The translations under genes and the position numbers were made by a program. A stretch of 56,222 bases of DNA. Origin: Chiloscyllium plagiosum (Eukaryota). This document shows, piece after piece, positions 1 to 10,984 of the stretch. The stretch is from assembly GCF_004010195.1 (NCBI RefSeq), contig NC_057719.1:85774387-85830608 (forward strand), written 5' to 3'. How positions within the stretch are numbered: position 1 is the stretch's first letter; every line of letters starts with the position of its first letter. The notes under the pieces were generated by a model. The model ran no database searches. It saw nothing but the letters and a program-made list of their open reading frames with translations, and was not told the DNA's origin.

Positions 1-912
1 ACAAACTGCCATTCCTAGATGTTGTAGTAGAGTGAACAGCCAATGGGGAACTTCAAACCAGCGTCTATAGGAAAACAACACATACAGACCAAATACTGAA
101 CTACAGCCATTACATTAAAACATTATTTCAATGAGCCACCACACTGCAGCACAGAGGAACTACGATGAGCAGAGGAGAATCACCTATACAGTGTATTCAA
201 AAAGAATGGGTACCCAATGAACACAGACTGCTGATTTCTCAGCAACAAATCCAAACAAGCAGACAAAACGCATTCAAAAACCTTAGCCACTCTCCCCTAC
301 ATCAAAGACATCATGGAAATGACTGCCAGACTACTCAGACCTCTTGACGTCCTGGTAGCCCACAAACCCACTAACACACTAAAACAGCAGCTAATGAACT
401 TGAAATACCCTTTGCAGACAACAAGTAAAACTAATGTCAGTTAAAAAATACCTTGCAAGAACTGTAACAAACACTACATTGGATGACCAGGCAGAAAACT
501 AACTACCAGGATACATGAATATCAACTAGCCACAAAAAGACATGATCCACTCTCACTTGTATCTTTACATGCAGATGAGGAAGGACACCACTTCAACTGA
601 GACAACACATCCACTCTAGGACAAGCCAAACAGAGACACACACAAGAATTCCTAGCAGTGTGGCACTCCAACCAGAACTCTATCAATGAACACACTGACT
701 TGAACCCCATTTACCATCCCGTGAGAAAAGGAACAGGAAATGACATCGCCACAGAAAATGCTATCACCAACTCAAGGAAACCTAAACACATAAATAAAAA
801 GTGGGCCATATTACCAGTGCTTCACCGAAGGCTCGCTGATGATGTTACATAGTATAGTGACAAAATGTCTGAAAAGGAACTTTCCAGCTCAGCGAGCAAA
901 CTTACATCCTTA
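1..912 (+). mobile_element. Penelope-like retroelement 3' part (RT C-terminus, GIY-YIG endonuclease, pLTR), degenerate
   Basis: Frameshifted translation gives KLPFLDVVV..GELQTSVYRKTTHTDQILNY and KIPCKNCNKHYIG..GRKLTTRIHE. A decayed hammerhead-like core CTGATGA..AAAATGTC lies at ~836-869. Confidence 0.9.
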
Positions 913-1230
913 AATAGATCTTGTTCCTAAGGTAAGGGAGTTCAGAACCAGAAGGTATATTTTTAAGGTGAGAAGAGAAAAACTTAAAAGGGACCTGAAG
1001 GGTAACTTTTTCCACATAGAGGGTGGTTCATATGTGGAATGTTCTGCCAGAGGAAGTGGTGGGTGCAGTTACAGTTAGAACATTTAAAAGACATTTGGAT
1101 AGGTGCATGAATAGAAAGGTTTTAGAGGGATATGGGCCAAATGCAGGCAAATGGGACTAATTTAGTTTGAGAAACCTGGTCAGCATGGACAAGTTGAATG
1201 GATTTGTTTCCATGCTATATAACTCTGTAA
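913..1230 (+). mobile_element. CR1 LINE 3' fragment
   Basis: Shows the FKVRxEK..GNFF..RVV..WN.LPEEVV ORF2 tail and the CR1 3' UTR shared with many copies in the window. Confidence 0.9.
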
Positions 1231-2260
1231 ATCCCATTTACTAATACTGAACCATTGATTTCCCTTTTAACACCATGACTGCCTATCCTGACCCCTGAGT
1301 AGTCATTAAACCTGCATCCCACCCTACCATTGACACCAAATAACCTCCTAGCCACTGTTAGAAGCTAATTAGTTTCTGGCACACAACCATCCCACCAACA
1401 CATGAACTACAACCCCAATCCCACATGTACATCACTTCCTTTTATCTCTGATATCCAAATGCCTCCACACCACTGTAACTACCACCTCTGACTCCTCAAT
1501 GAACCATCACTGAACTCAACCAACTAGCAGAGTCAAGGCTACAGTGGTGCTGGAAAAGCACAGCAGGTCAGCCAGCATCCGTGAAGCAGGAAAATCAATG
1601 TTTTGGGCAGGAGCCCTTCATCAGGAATGAATCATCTTGACTCTGATCTCCAGCATCTGCAGTCTTCACTTTCACCTCAACCAACTAGCAGCTTTCCCTG
1701 ACCTTCCTACTATACCACTGACCATGAGACAAACCAACTTTCTGACTGACCTCTTATCTGATCACCTACCTTTCCTGAACACTCAATATAGCCCATGATT
1801 ATCTGTGCTGAGCTGACCTGTCTATCCTTTATCAAACAACTACCTGTCCTCTAACACGACAACCTTCCAGATCCAAGCTTAATATCTCTGACACATTTAC
1901 TACTTCATCTACCTACTCACTTACCCCTTATTTACCTTCCACCCTACAGAAGTATCACCTCACCTAACTACCACCTTATCTACCTGACTTATCCACCTAC
2001 TACCAGAACCACATACCGCCTTACCCAATTGCAAGCAAAACTACCGATCAACTCAGCCCACCCAACCACACCAACCCCACCTTCTTCCTCAAACACCATA
2101 GATACCCATCCATTTAACTCACTTACCCAACCTGTTTATACACTTACTGCAGCCGCCAACTCACCTTTCCATCCTACCAATTCGTAACCTCACCCATTCA
2201 TTAATATGCAACCATTAACTAACATGCAACCATTCACTACACTCAAACTGGACCCTTAAT
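1230..2260. repeat. C/A-rich, G-poor low-complexity tract
   Basis: Recurrent ACCTAC/CCTGAC/CACC-like words and strong G depletion on the + strand. Confidence 0.7.
1531..1675. mobile_element. Short Penelope-pLTR-derived element with internal inversion
   Basis: Exact 16-bp TSD CTCAACCAACTAGCAG at 1515-1530 and 1676-1691. The sequence matches the pLTR ends at 20651 and 36204. Confidence 0.85.
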
Positions 2261-2599
2261 TTTTTCATACTGCAACTAGTGCCATAAGAATGTCTGTGCC
2301 TCTTCCCCACCTAACTCATAAGTATTAAGGGAATCCCCACCAATTTACACCCTACTTCACATTCTAGGAAAATTGGTCTTGAAACCGAGAAGAAATACAG
2401 AGCAGTATGAAGTCTGGGAAAAATTGAAACAGATTGGCAATTCAAAAAAATAATGGGTGCTCTTCAGAGGATTTTCTAAGTGTCCATTCCTACAACTCTA
2501 AATTGGATTACAGTATTTGTCCACTGCTGCTGATATGTCAAAGGACCTATCTTCCATTATTTCTCTCTTCCTCCTTTCTTACATAACACCTTATAAAGA

Positions 2600-3490
2600 T
2601 TCTGATTCTTGGAAAGTGTCTAAAAGACATGGAGGTGAAACATTTCATCTCGCATTCATCAGGACAAATGCAAGAATGCCAAATTTCAAATTATACTACA
2701 GGAGAAAAGAATTGGTCAGCAAGTCAACTCAGATGAGTTGAGACGTGGAATAAGAAAGCAACAGAGAAATATAAAATCCCCATGCTCCTGGGCAATTTAA
2801 GAAAATTTCAATATTTAACCGTTTCCTTTGGTTTGCACAAAATGGCTTGCTCCATAAGTCACTTCGAGCAAGTGTGTGGGAGTCACATTACAAGCTGAAA
2901 TGAATACCTTAAGTTGATCTGTAGTTCGCAATTAGTACACTTAGGATTGTTCAGCAAATGCCCTCCAGTTTCAAGATCACATGCAACAACATGTCTTTTG
3001 CTTTGGGCTGTAGAACACATGCTGGCACAGTGCAGTCTTCACTCTGCCTGTTGCAAAGGACCAAAGAGTTTGATCCAACCAGCCTATTGTTTGAATGTAT
3101 GACCTACATGGTTGGCATTGCAACAACATGGAATTTCATGTCTGAATTTATTTAATTGCATGGTCAGCAAAATGCCCTTTTTATGGACAGCAGCATCTTG
3201 TTACTGGAAAACATTACACATTTAGCCACTGCATTGTAACATGAAATGGATCCCTGAAACTGTTGCTCAGATTTTTGAAATATTTTGCCTTTTTAGGGCA
3301 ATTGGAAGTAGAGTAGGTCCTTCTCATATCTGAAATGGATGGCCTTGGGCCCATTTTTGAGTCTGCTGTGATCATTCCAAATTTGGCATCCTTACATTTA
3401 TGCTGATGACTGTCAGATGAAAATCTTTGGCATTTGTCTCTCCATTCAATACTTTTCAAGTTTTGTACGGCCAAGGGAATGCAAATTGAA
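2600..3490 (-). mobile_element. Ancient Penelope-like element (second family), GIY-YIG region
   Basis: Minus-strand fragments LYFQLP*KGKIFQKSEQQ..CYNAV, CCCNANHVGHTFKQ*AGWIK and GHLLNNPKC match the PLE thumb/GIY-YIG pattern. The same family occurs on + at ~33580-33990. Confidence 0.7.
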
Positions 3491-3496
3491 TGATCA

Positions 3497-4918
3497 AAAC
3501 ATAGAACATAGAACATAGAACAATACAGCACAGAACAGGCCCTTTGACCCACAATGCTTTGCTGAACATTTGTCCTAGCTTAAGCACCTATCCGTGTACC
3601 TATCCAATTGCCGCTTAAAGGTCACCAATGATTCTGACTCTGCCACTCCCACAGGCAGCGCATTCCATGCCCACACCACTCTCTGGGTAAAGAACCTACC
3701 CCTGACATCCCCCCTATACCTTCCACCCTTCACCTTAAATTTATGTACCCTTGTAACATTCTATTGCACCCGGGGAAAAAGTTTCTGACTGTCTACTCTA
3801 TCTATGCCTCTGATCATCTTATAAACCTCTATCAACTCACCCCTCATCCTTCGCCGTTCCAACAAGAAAAGGCCGAGAACTCTCAACCTATCCTCGTACG
3901 ACTTCCTCTCCATTCCAGGCAACATCCTGGTAAACCTTCTCTGCACCCTCTCCAAAGCTTCCACATCCTTCCTATAGTGAGGCGACCAGAACTGCACACA
4001 GTACCCCAAATGTGGCCTAACCAAAGTCCTGTACAGCTGCAACATCACTTCACGACTCTTGAATTCAATCCCTCTGCTAATGAACGATAATACTCCATAG
4101 GACTTCTTACAAACTCTATCCACCTGAGTGGCAACCTTCAAAGATCTATGTACATAGACCCCAAGATCCCTCTGTTCCTCCACCTGACTAAGAACCCTAC
4201 CATTAACCCTGTATTCCACATTCTTATTTGTTCTTCCAAAATGGACAACCTCACACTTGGCAGGGTTGAACTCCATCTGCCACTCCTCAGCCCAGCTCTG
4301 CATCATATCTAAGTCCCTCTGCAGCCAACAACAGCCCTCCTCACTGTCCACACAAATCCGTGCTGGCTGTCCCTAATCAAGCAGTGTCTTTCCAGATACT
4401 GATAAATCCTATCCCTCAGACCCCTTTCCATTACTTTGCCTATCACCGAAGTAAGACTAACTGGCCTGTAATTCCCGGGGTTATCCCTATCCCCTGTTTT
4501 GAACAGGGGCACAACATTCACCACTCTCCAACCCCCTGGTACCACCCCCATTGACAGTGAAGACAAAAAGATCATTGCCAACGGCTCTGCAATTTCCTCT
4601 CTTGCTTCCCACATATTCCTAGGATATTTTCCGTCAGGACTGGGGGACTTGTCTATCCTCAAGTTTTTCAAAATGCCCAACACATCGTCCTTCCTAACAA
4701 GTATCGCTTCTAGCTTACCAGTCCGTTTCATACTCTCCTCTTCAACAATACGGTCCCTCTCATTTGTAAATACTGAAGAAAGTACTCATTTAAGACCTCT
4801 CCTGTCTCTTCCGACTCAATACACAGTCTCCCACTACTGTCCTTGATCGGACCTACCCTCGTTCTTGTCATTCTCATGTTTCTCACATACTCTCGTCATC
4901 CTCATGTTTCTCACATAC
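3497..4918 (-). mobile_element. CR1 LINE, 5'-truncated with internal RT deletion
   Basis: ORFs 4309-4731 (PGNYRPVSLTSV..QHGF) and 3761-4351 (WQMEFNPAKC..YCVQFWSP) are joined without the RT core. The 3' end has an (ACATAGA)n microsatellite tail. Confidence 0.95.
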
Positions 4919-5479
4919 AAAACTTGATGAAAACTGTATAGGATACAGGTCTTCAAGTCAAAGTAATTTAGTCACATTTAGACCATTAATTTATGTCGTA
5001 CTATTTCTCCACTGATACTGAAAGATTTATGGTTAACATTGTACAAACTCACAAGTCCTTTGGGTCTCATCATTTCAAGAATGCAGTAAGAGCAAAAATT
5101 CTAGAACCTGTGCTGGAGCAGAAAATTAGGTTCCTACACAAAGTTCAGTGTAGGTGTATCTGCATCCAAAACACTGCAGCAGCTCAATTAGGTGATTCAG
5201 TACCAATAGCCATAATGAATGGACAATAAATGCTAGCTGAGAAATTGATGGGCACATGCCAAGAACGAATATAACATACATGTTCAAAAAATAAAACAGA
5301 AAAACTACTAAAATGTTAGAAATAAGTCTCAATGTGTCTGGTATTCAAGAAAGTTGAAGTTATGCTCAATGGTCTGACATTGTGGTTAAGTCATACCTGA
5401 ATAATTGGTATAGAGGAAAGATTGCACTGAGGTTGTTTCCTCTCAGGTTCAAAATGAAAATGACTGAAACATTACTTTA

Positions 5480-7590
5480 AAAGGTAATTAATAACTTAAT
5501 GAGGTCGATAAGAGACTGGAGAGGGAATCCACAAAACAAAAATTGGGAGCAACTTAAAATTAGAGTTTGGTGATTTTCAGGAAATATAGGAGGTGGGGAA
5601 ATACTAAATGAGTATGCTGCATCAGTATTTACTGTGGAGTAGGATATGGAAGACTCAGTGGTTAGCATTGCTGCCTCACAGCACCAGGGACCCGGGTTCG
5701 ATTTCAGTCTGGGTGGAAGTTGTGCAATCTCCCAGTGTCTGCGTGGGATTCTTCCGTGTGCTCTGACTTCCTCCCACAATCCAAAGATGTGCAGGTTAGG
5801 TGAACTGGCCATGCTAAATTGCCCATAGTGTTCAAAGGTGTGTAGGTTAGATTTATTAATTAGGGGGAATGTAGCGTAACTAAGTGAGATACTCTTCAGA
5901 GGATCAGTGTAGACTTGTTGGGCCTAATGGCCTGTTTCTACACTGCAGGCATTCTCTGATTCTGTATAGAACATGGGGAAATAAATATCGACATTTTGAA
6001 AAATAGGTGCTGGATATCTTAAAGTGCATAAAAGTGGACAAATCCCTGGGACCTGATCAGGTGTACCCTAGAACTTTGCGGAAAGCTAGGGGAGTTATTG
6101 CTGGGCCCCTTGTTGAGATAGTCACAAGTGAGGTGCCAGAATATTGGAGGTTGACTAACATGGTACCACGATTTCAGAAAGGTGGTAAGGAAAAGGTAGG
6201 GAACTACGGACTGGTGAATCTGATATCAGTGGTGGGCACGTTGTTGGAGGTGATCCTGAGGGACAGCATTTACATGTATTTGAGAAGGCAAGAACTGATT
6301 GGAGATAGTCAACATGGTTTTGTGCATGGGGGATCGTGTCTCACTAATTTGATTGAGTTTTTTTTGAAGAATTAACAAACAGGATTGATGAAGGCAGAGT
6401 GGTGGATGTGATATACATATGGACTTCAGTAAAGTGTTCAACAAGGTTGAACTGATTATCAAAGTTAGATCACATGGAATACAGGGAGTACTAACCATTT
6501 TGATACAGAACTGGCCCAAAGGTAGGAGACAGAGAGTAGTGGTGGAGGACTGCTTTTCAGACTGGAGGCCTCTCGCCAGCAGTGTGCCTCAAAATCAGTG
6601 CTGGGTCCACTGTTTTTAATCATTTATATAAACACCAGCACCTCCACATCACGATTTGGATGTGAATATAGGAGATTTGGTAAGTAAGCTCTCAGATGAC
6701 ACCAAAGTTGGTGGAGTTTTGAAAAGCAAAGAAGGTTAACTCAGAGTACAACAGGATCTTGATCTGATGGGCCAATGGGCTGAGCAGTGGCAGATGGAGT
6801 TTAATTTCGATAAATGTGAGGTGCTGCATTTTGGAAAGTCAAATCAGGACTGGATTTATACACATAATGGTAAGATCCTGGGGAGTGTTGCTGAACAAAG
6901 TGACCCTAGGATGAAGGCTCAAAGTTACTTGAAAGTGGAGGTGCAGGTAGTCAGGATAGTAAAAAGGGCATTTGGTATGCTTGCTTTTATAGGTCAGTGC
7001 TTTGAGGATAGGAATTGGGAGGTCATGTTGAGGCTCTACAGGACATTGGTTAGGCCACTTTTGGTATACTGCATTCAATTCTCGTCTTCCTGCTAGAGGA
7101 AGGATGCTGTGAAGCTTGAAACGATTCATAAAAGATTTACAAGGGTGTTGCCAGTGTTGGAGGGTTTGAGCTATAGGGAGAGGCTGAATAGGCTGGGGCT
7201 ATTTTCCCTGGAGCTTCGGAAGCTGAGGGGTGACTTTACAGAAGTTTATAAAAAGAGGGTAATGGATCGGATGAATAACCAAGGTCTTTTCCCAGGGCAG
7301 GGGAGTCCAAAACTAGAGAGCATAGGTTTAAGGGGAGAGGAGACAGTTTTAAAAGGACCTATTGGGCAACTTTTTCATGCAAAGAGTGGTACATGTATGG
7401 AATGGGCTTCCAAAGGAAGTGGTGGAGGCTGGTAGAATTGCAGCATTTAAAAGGCATCTGGTTGGGTATATGAATCCATAGGATTTAGAGGGATATGAGC
7501 CAAATGCTGACAAATGGGACTGGATTAATTTAGCATATCTGGTCAGCATGGATGAGTTGGATCATGCAGTACATCTCTGTGACTCTATGA
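5480..7590 (+). mobile_element. CR1 LINE ORF2 remnant (RT) with 3' UTR
   Basis: ORFs 6007-7435 contain DKSLGPD, QHGF, MDFSKVF and WQMEFN motifs. Frameshifted and interrupted by a SINE. Confidence 0.95.
5654..5965 (+). mobile_element. HE1-like tRNA-derived V-SINE nested in CR1
   Basis: A-box/B-box head (CAGTGGTTAGC..GGTTCGATT), V-domain CTTCCTCCCACAATCCAAAGATGTGCAGGTTAGGTGAA and a CR1-like tail. Confidence 0.9.
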
Positions 7591-8079
7591 TTGTATGATG
7601 ATTGCCTAAATATCCTATTAGTGCTTTATTAATAATGAATTTGAGTATTTCCCTAATGATAGATGCTAAACAAATTGGCTTAGGTGTGGAATTTTCCCAT
7701 GCTGACATGGCATGAGTAATGGTGAAAAATCTGGATATATCCCTGTGACAAAAAAAATGAAAATGTCAACATTGCGAATAAAGTTTGCAATTTTTCCCTC
7801 CAACTATAAATAGTGATTTCAGAATCTTGCACTTGAGCAACAGATGCCTTATTTTCATGCACTTGCATTTAATTAATAGCCCAACTCACCTTATTTAGAC
7901 ACCACATCTAATTCTTCTCTACTTTCCCAAGAAACTAGCTGGGATAAGTTCCTGAAATCTAAATCAGAGTGGGCAAGCGATGGCTTTAGCTCAGCAAAAT
8001 CTTATCCCACCCAGAAACCAATTGCTTCTTCATAACAATATGCATTCATGCTCCATTGACAACACACTTTGTACATACA

Positions 8080-8171
8080 TTCCTGAAGAAGGGCTTATGC
8101 CCGAAACGTCGATTCTCCTGTTCCCTGGATGCTGCCTGACCTGCTGCGCTTTTCCAGCAACACATTTCCAG
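8080..8171 (+). mobile_element. Short Penelope-pLTR-derived element
   Basis: Exact 13-bp TSD CTTTGTACATACA at 8067-8079 and 8172-8184. Confidence 0.85.
8083..8110 (+). ncRNA. Minimal hammerhead ribozyme motif (PLE-type)
   Basis: CTGAAGA-A-GGGC-TTAT-GCCC-GAAA-CGTC has both catalytic boxes, a perfect stem II, a GUC cleavage triplet and a palindromic ACGT in place of stem III. Confidence 0.75.
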
Positions 8172-8424
8172 CTTTGTACATACACTTTGGCAAAAGCAAA
8201 AACCTATCATCACTACATCATAATGCCTGTTCTCAAATCAACTCAGCCACCACATTATTCTTCCAATGTTTTACCTTGGAACTGAGGGACGCCAGGCTGT
8301 ATACTTCTGCCGTGTCATTTTGTGTGTAGGGACAACCCATGCATATCTCATGCATCCACACAAGATGCATATTATGGCTCTTAGCTTCTTTTCTTGAACT
8401 CACTCTCTTCACTGATTATTTAGG

Positions 8425-8890
8425 GGTTGCCAAAGAGTTACTCCATGAGGAGAGGTTGATCTGCCTAGAACTGTGTTCACTAGAATTTTGAAGAATGAGA
8501 GGGGGTCTTGTGGAAACATAAAATAATGAAAGGGATAGATATGATAGAGTCAGGCAAGTTGTTTCCACTGGTGGGTTAGACTAAGACAAGGGGACATAGC
8601 CTCAAGATTAGGGGGAGTAGATTTAGGACAGAGATGAGGAGGAACTGCTTTTCCCAGAGAGTAGTGAATCTATGGAAATCTCTGCCCAAGGAAGCAGTAG
8701 AAGCAGCTTCATTATATATATTCAAGACACAGTTGGATGGGTTTTTGCATGGTAGGGGAATTAAGGGTTCTGGGGATAATGCAAGTAGGAGTAACTGAGA
8801 CAATGGAAATATCAGCCATGATTTTAATGAATAGCAGAGCAGGCTCAATGGGCCAAATGGCCTACCCCTGCTTCTATTACTATGAAACTG
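8425..8890 (+). mobile_element. CR1 LINE 3' fragment
   Basis: RMRGGL.ET.K..TRGHSLKIRGSRFRTEMRRNCFSQRVVNLW ORF2 tail plus 3' UTR. Confidence 0.9.
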
Positions 8891-10289
8891 TGAAACTCTC
8901 TCTCCTTCACATTGCTTTCTTAGCATGCATTCACATGCTTAACAATGATTTAGTGTAGGTATCCCTGCATTCTTCGTGTGCAAGGTTTTTAATGCTCAGT
9001 CACAGACTGCCTGCCCTCTGTGGCAAGCATTACTCTCCAGCACAGAGGGAGAGGCAGCCGCTTATACTGCCAGAGGGGTTGATATGCGGTTGTGAGGCAC
9101 CATGTTCCATTAACACTTGACCTGCAGCATGCTTATAGGTTTATGTGGCAAACACACAGCTTGGGTTTCAAGCATGTGCCTTGTCTGAAAGTCAAAAGGG
9201 AGGCGTCCTTACTGGGTGCAGGGTAACTGCAACCAGTCTGGAGGTGTCATTACATACAGTCAGTCAGGGAGATCATCTGATTCCAGTCAAGGGGATTGAT
9301 CATGGTAAGTAAGGCACTTAGTCCCATCAGACTCTGGGTATCTATATCTCGACAATCCTGGAATTGGATCATGGTCAATTCTGCAGGTCAAGTGCAACCA
9401 GTCCAGGGATTACAAGTAGGTCAGTTGCAGTTGTGTACAGATATTAGTCCAGGGTGGGCGAGTGGGGTTAATGCTGTATTTCCTACAATGAGACCAAGGA
9501 AATGAATATGACGACAATGAATTAGGGAGTGTTTAGCCATAATACATAAGCAGGACAGGTGGTGAACAATCTCCCTTGAATGAGGGCACAGAGGATTAGT
9601 AATATGTAAGGATAAAGTGTCTGCGAGCCATTGAGTAGGCATGATGCATGCAATAGTGAGAGTTGGTCATACATATAGTTTGGTGAGAAGTGTACATGAT
9701 GCCAGAGTTTGATTGAGTCTTTTGAACATTATGTAGCAGAAATAAGATGGTACCATTTTCCTTCATGGAGCACAGAAGATCATTGACCTTCTTCCTACAC
9801 TGCTGACATTCTTCTTCACCCTGGATAGAGCAATCACCCTTCTGCAATTTGGGTCCAGGCTGACTATGTGTGGAATAAAGACTGTACTCTTTTCAGCCAC
9901 CTTATTTATCAAGATATCCAGTGACCTGTCATAAAGTAGGGAGCTATCTTTCCTTTTCTCTGAGCCATGTCCCCAATGCTAACAGTCAAACACGACAGTG
10001 TGAGGGGCAATCTCTGACTTACGGAGCCTTAAGTAATTTGGGTTTTAGATATGGCACCCATAGCATGAACACTGGAATTCCAAGCAGGGCCAAGATCTTC
10101 TGCATTTCTGTCCATGCGATTCCCTAGAGGTTTACCCAAGAGCCTGGCTGCATAATTAATAAGATGAAGAGTGGAGGATTTCATGAGAAAAGTCACTCTG
10201 AGCCATGGCTGATCAGGTACCATGTATCTGTACTGTCGAAACACATGAACTGAAAATGGAAATATTCCATGCATAATTTTCTGATTTCA

Positions 10290-10960
10290 TCTCTCTCCTT
10301 TCTTGAATAGGTGTGTTACATTTGCAGCTTCCAAGGCTGGCACCTTTCTAGCATTGTGGAATATTGGAAGCCTGTAACAAATGCACCCAATATCTCTGTA
10401 TCCATTTATTCTGAAAGCAGAATGTGCAGGTTATTATGTTAATGTTAGCATTCAATTAGCTATTCAGTACATTTTCTGTCCAATTATAAAACTTCTTTTA
10501 AGTCCTCCCTTCGGTTTTGTCCTTTGAGTTTCTACTACTTTCACAGTACTCTTACTTGTGAAGATAGGTGGAAAATATTAGTTCAAAATCTCTTCTTTTC
10601 CCTATTTCTCACCATTAGTCCTCCATTCCCACCCTCAAGGCACAGACATTCACTATAACTACTGGCTTCCTTTTTATATACTTGAAAATGTTCTTGCTGA
10701 TGTTTTTATATGTTTGGCTAGTTTTATCTAATATTCTAATTTCACCATTCAAATTTAGTTCATTATTCTTTACACATTTCTAATATGTTCACATCTTTCT
10801 GGCCTACCAATAACCTTTGCAGTAGCATATGCTCTTTCTTTCATGTTGATGTCATTTTTTAACTCTTTTAGTTAGCCATAATTATGCATTCTCTCATAAA
10901 GTTTCTTTCTCAATGAATCTCTATTTGTTGAGAGGTTTGGAATATTTGATTGATTGTTTA
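10290..10960 (-). mobile_element. Ancient CR1 ORF2 fragment
   Basis: The minus strand reads ANVT.LFKKG at 10296-10326, followed by degenerate linker sequence similar to other CR1 copies. Confidence 0.65.
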
Positions 10961-10984
10961 ACTCTCAAGTATAATACCTATTGA

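Larger units (their letters stand above)
7683..10272. mobile_element. Putative degenerate PIF/Harbinger DNA transposon with nested retroelements
   Basis: Imperfect terminal inverted repeats GGTGTGGAATTTTCC / GGAAATATTCCATGC. The minus-strand peptide QQCRKKVNDL (in ORF 9596-9847) resembles the Harbinger Myb/SANT protein. Confidence 0.45.

Noticed and set aside
3392..3416. YIYADDCQ on the + strand, resembling an L2 RT catalytic motif
   Set aside because: Spacing to the upstream LGP is wrong, and the region is better explained as a minus-strand Penelope-like remnant. Likely coincidence.
5654..5720. tRNA gene
   Set aside because: tRNA-like heads (also at 15075-15155, 18900-18962, 42935-43010) continue into SINE bodies and lack a complete cloverleaf.
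10280..10330. Splice acceptor-like pyrimidine tract plus AG
   Set aside because: It is the reverse complement of the CR1 NVT.LFKKG coding segment.
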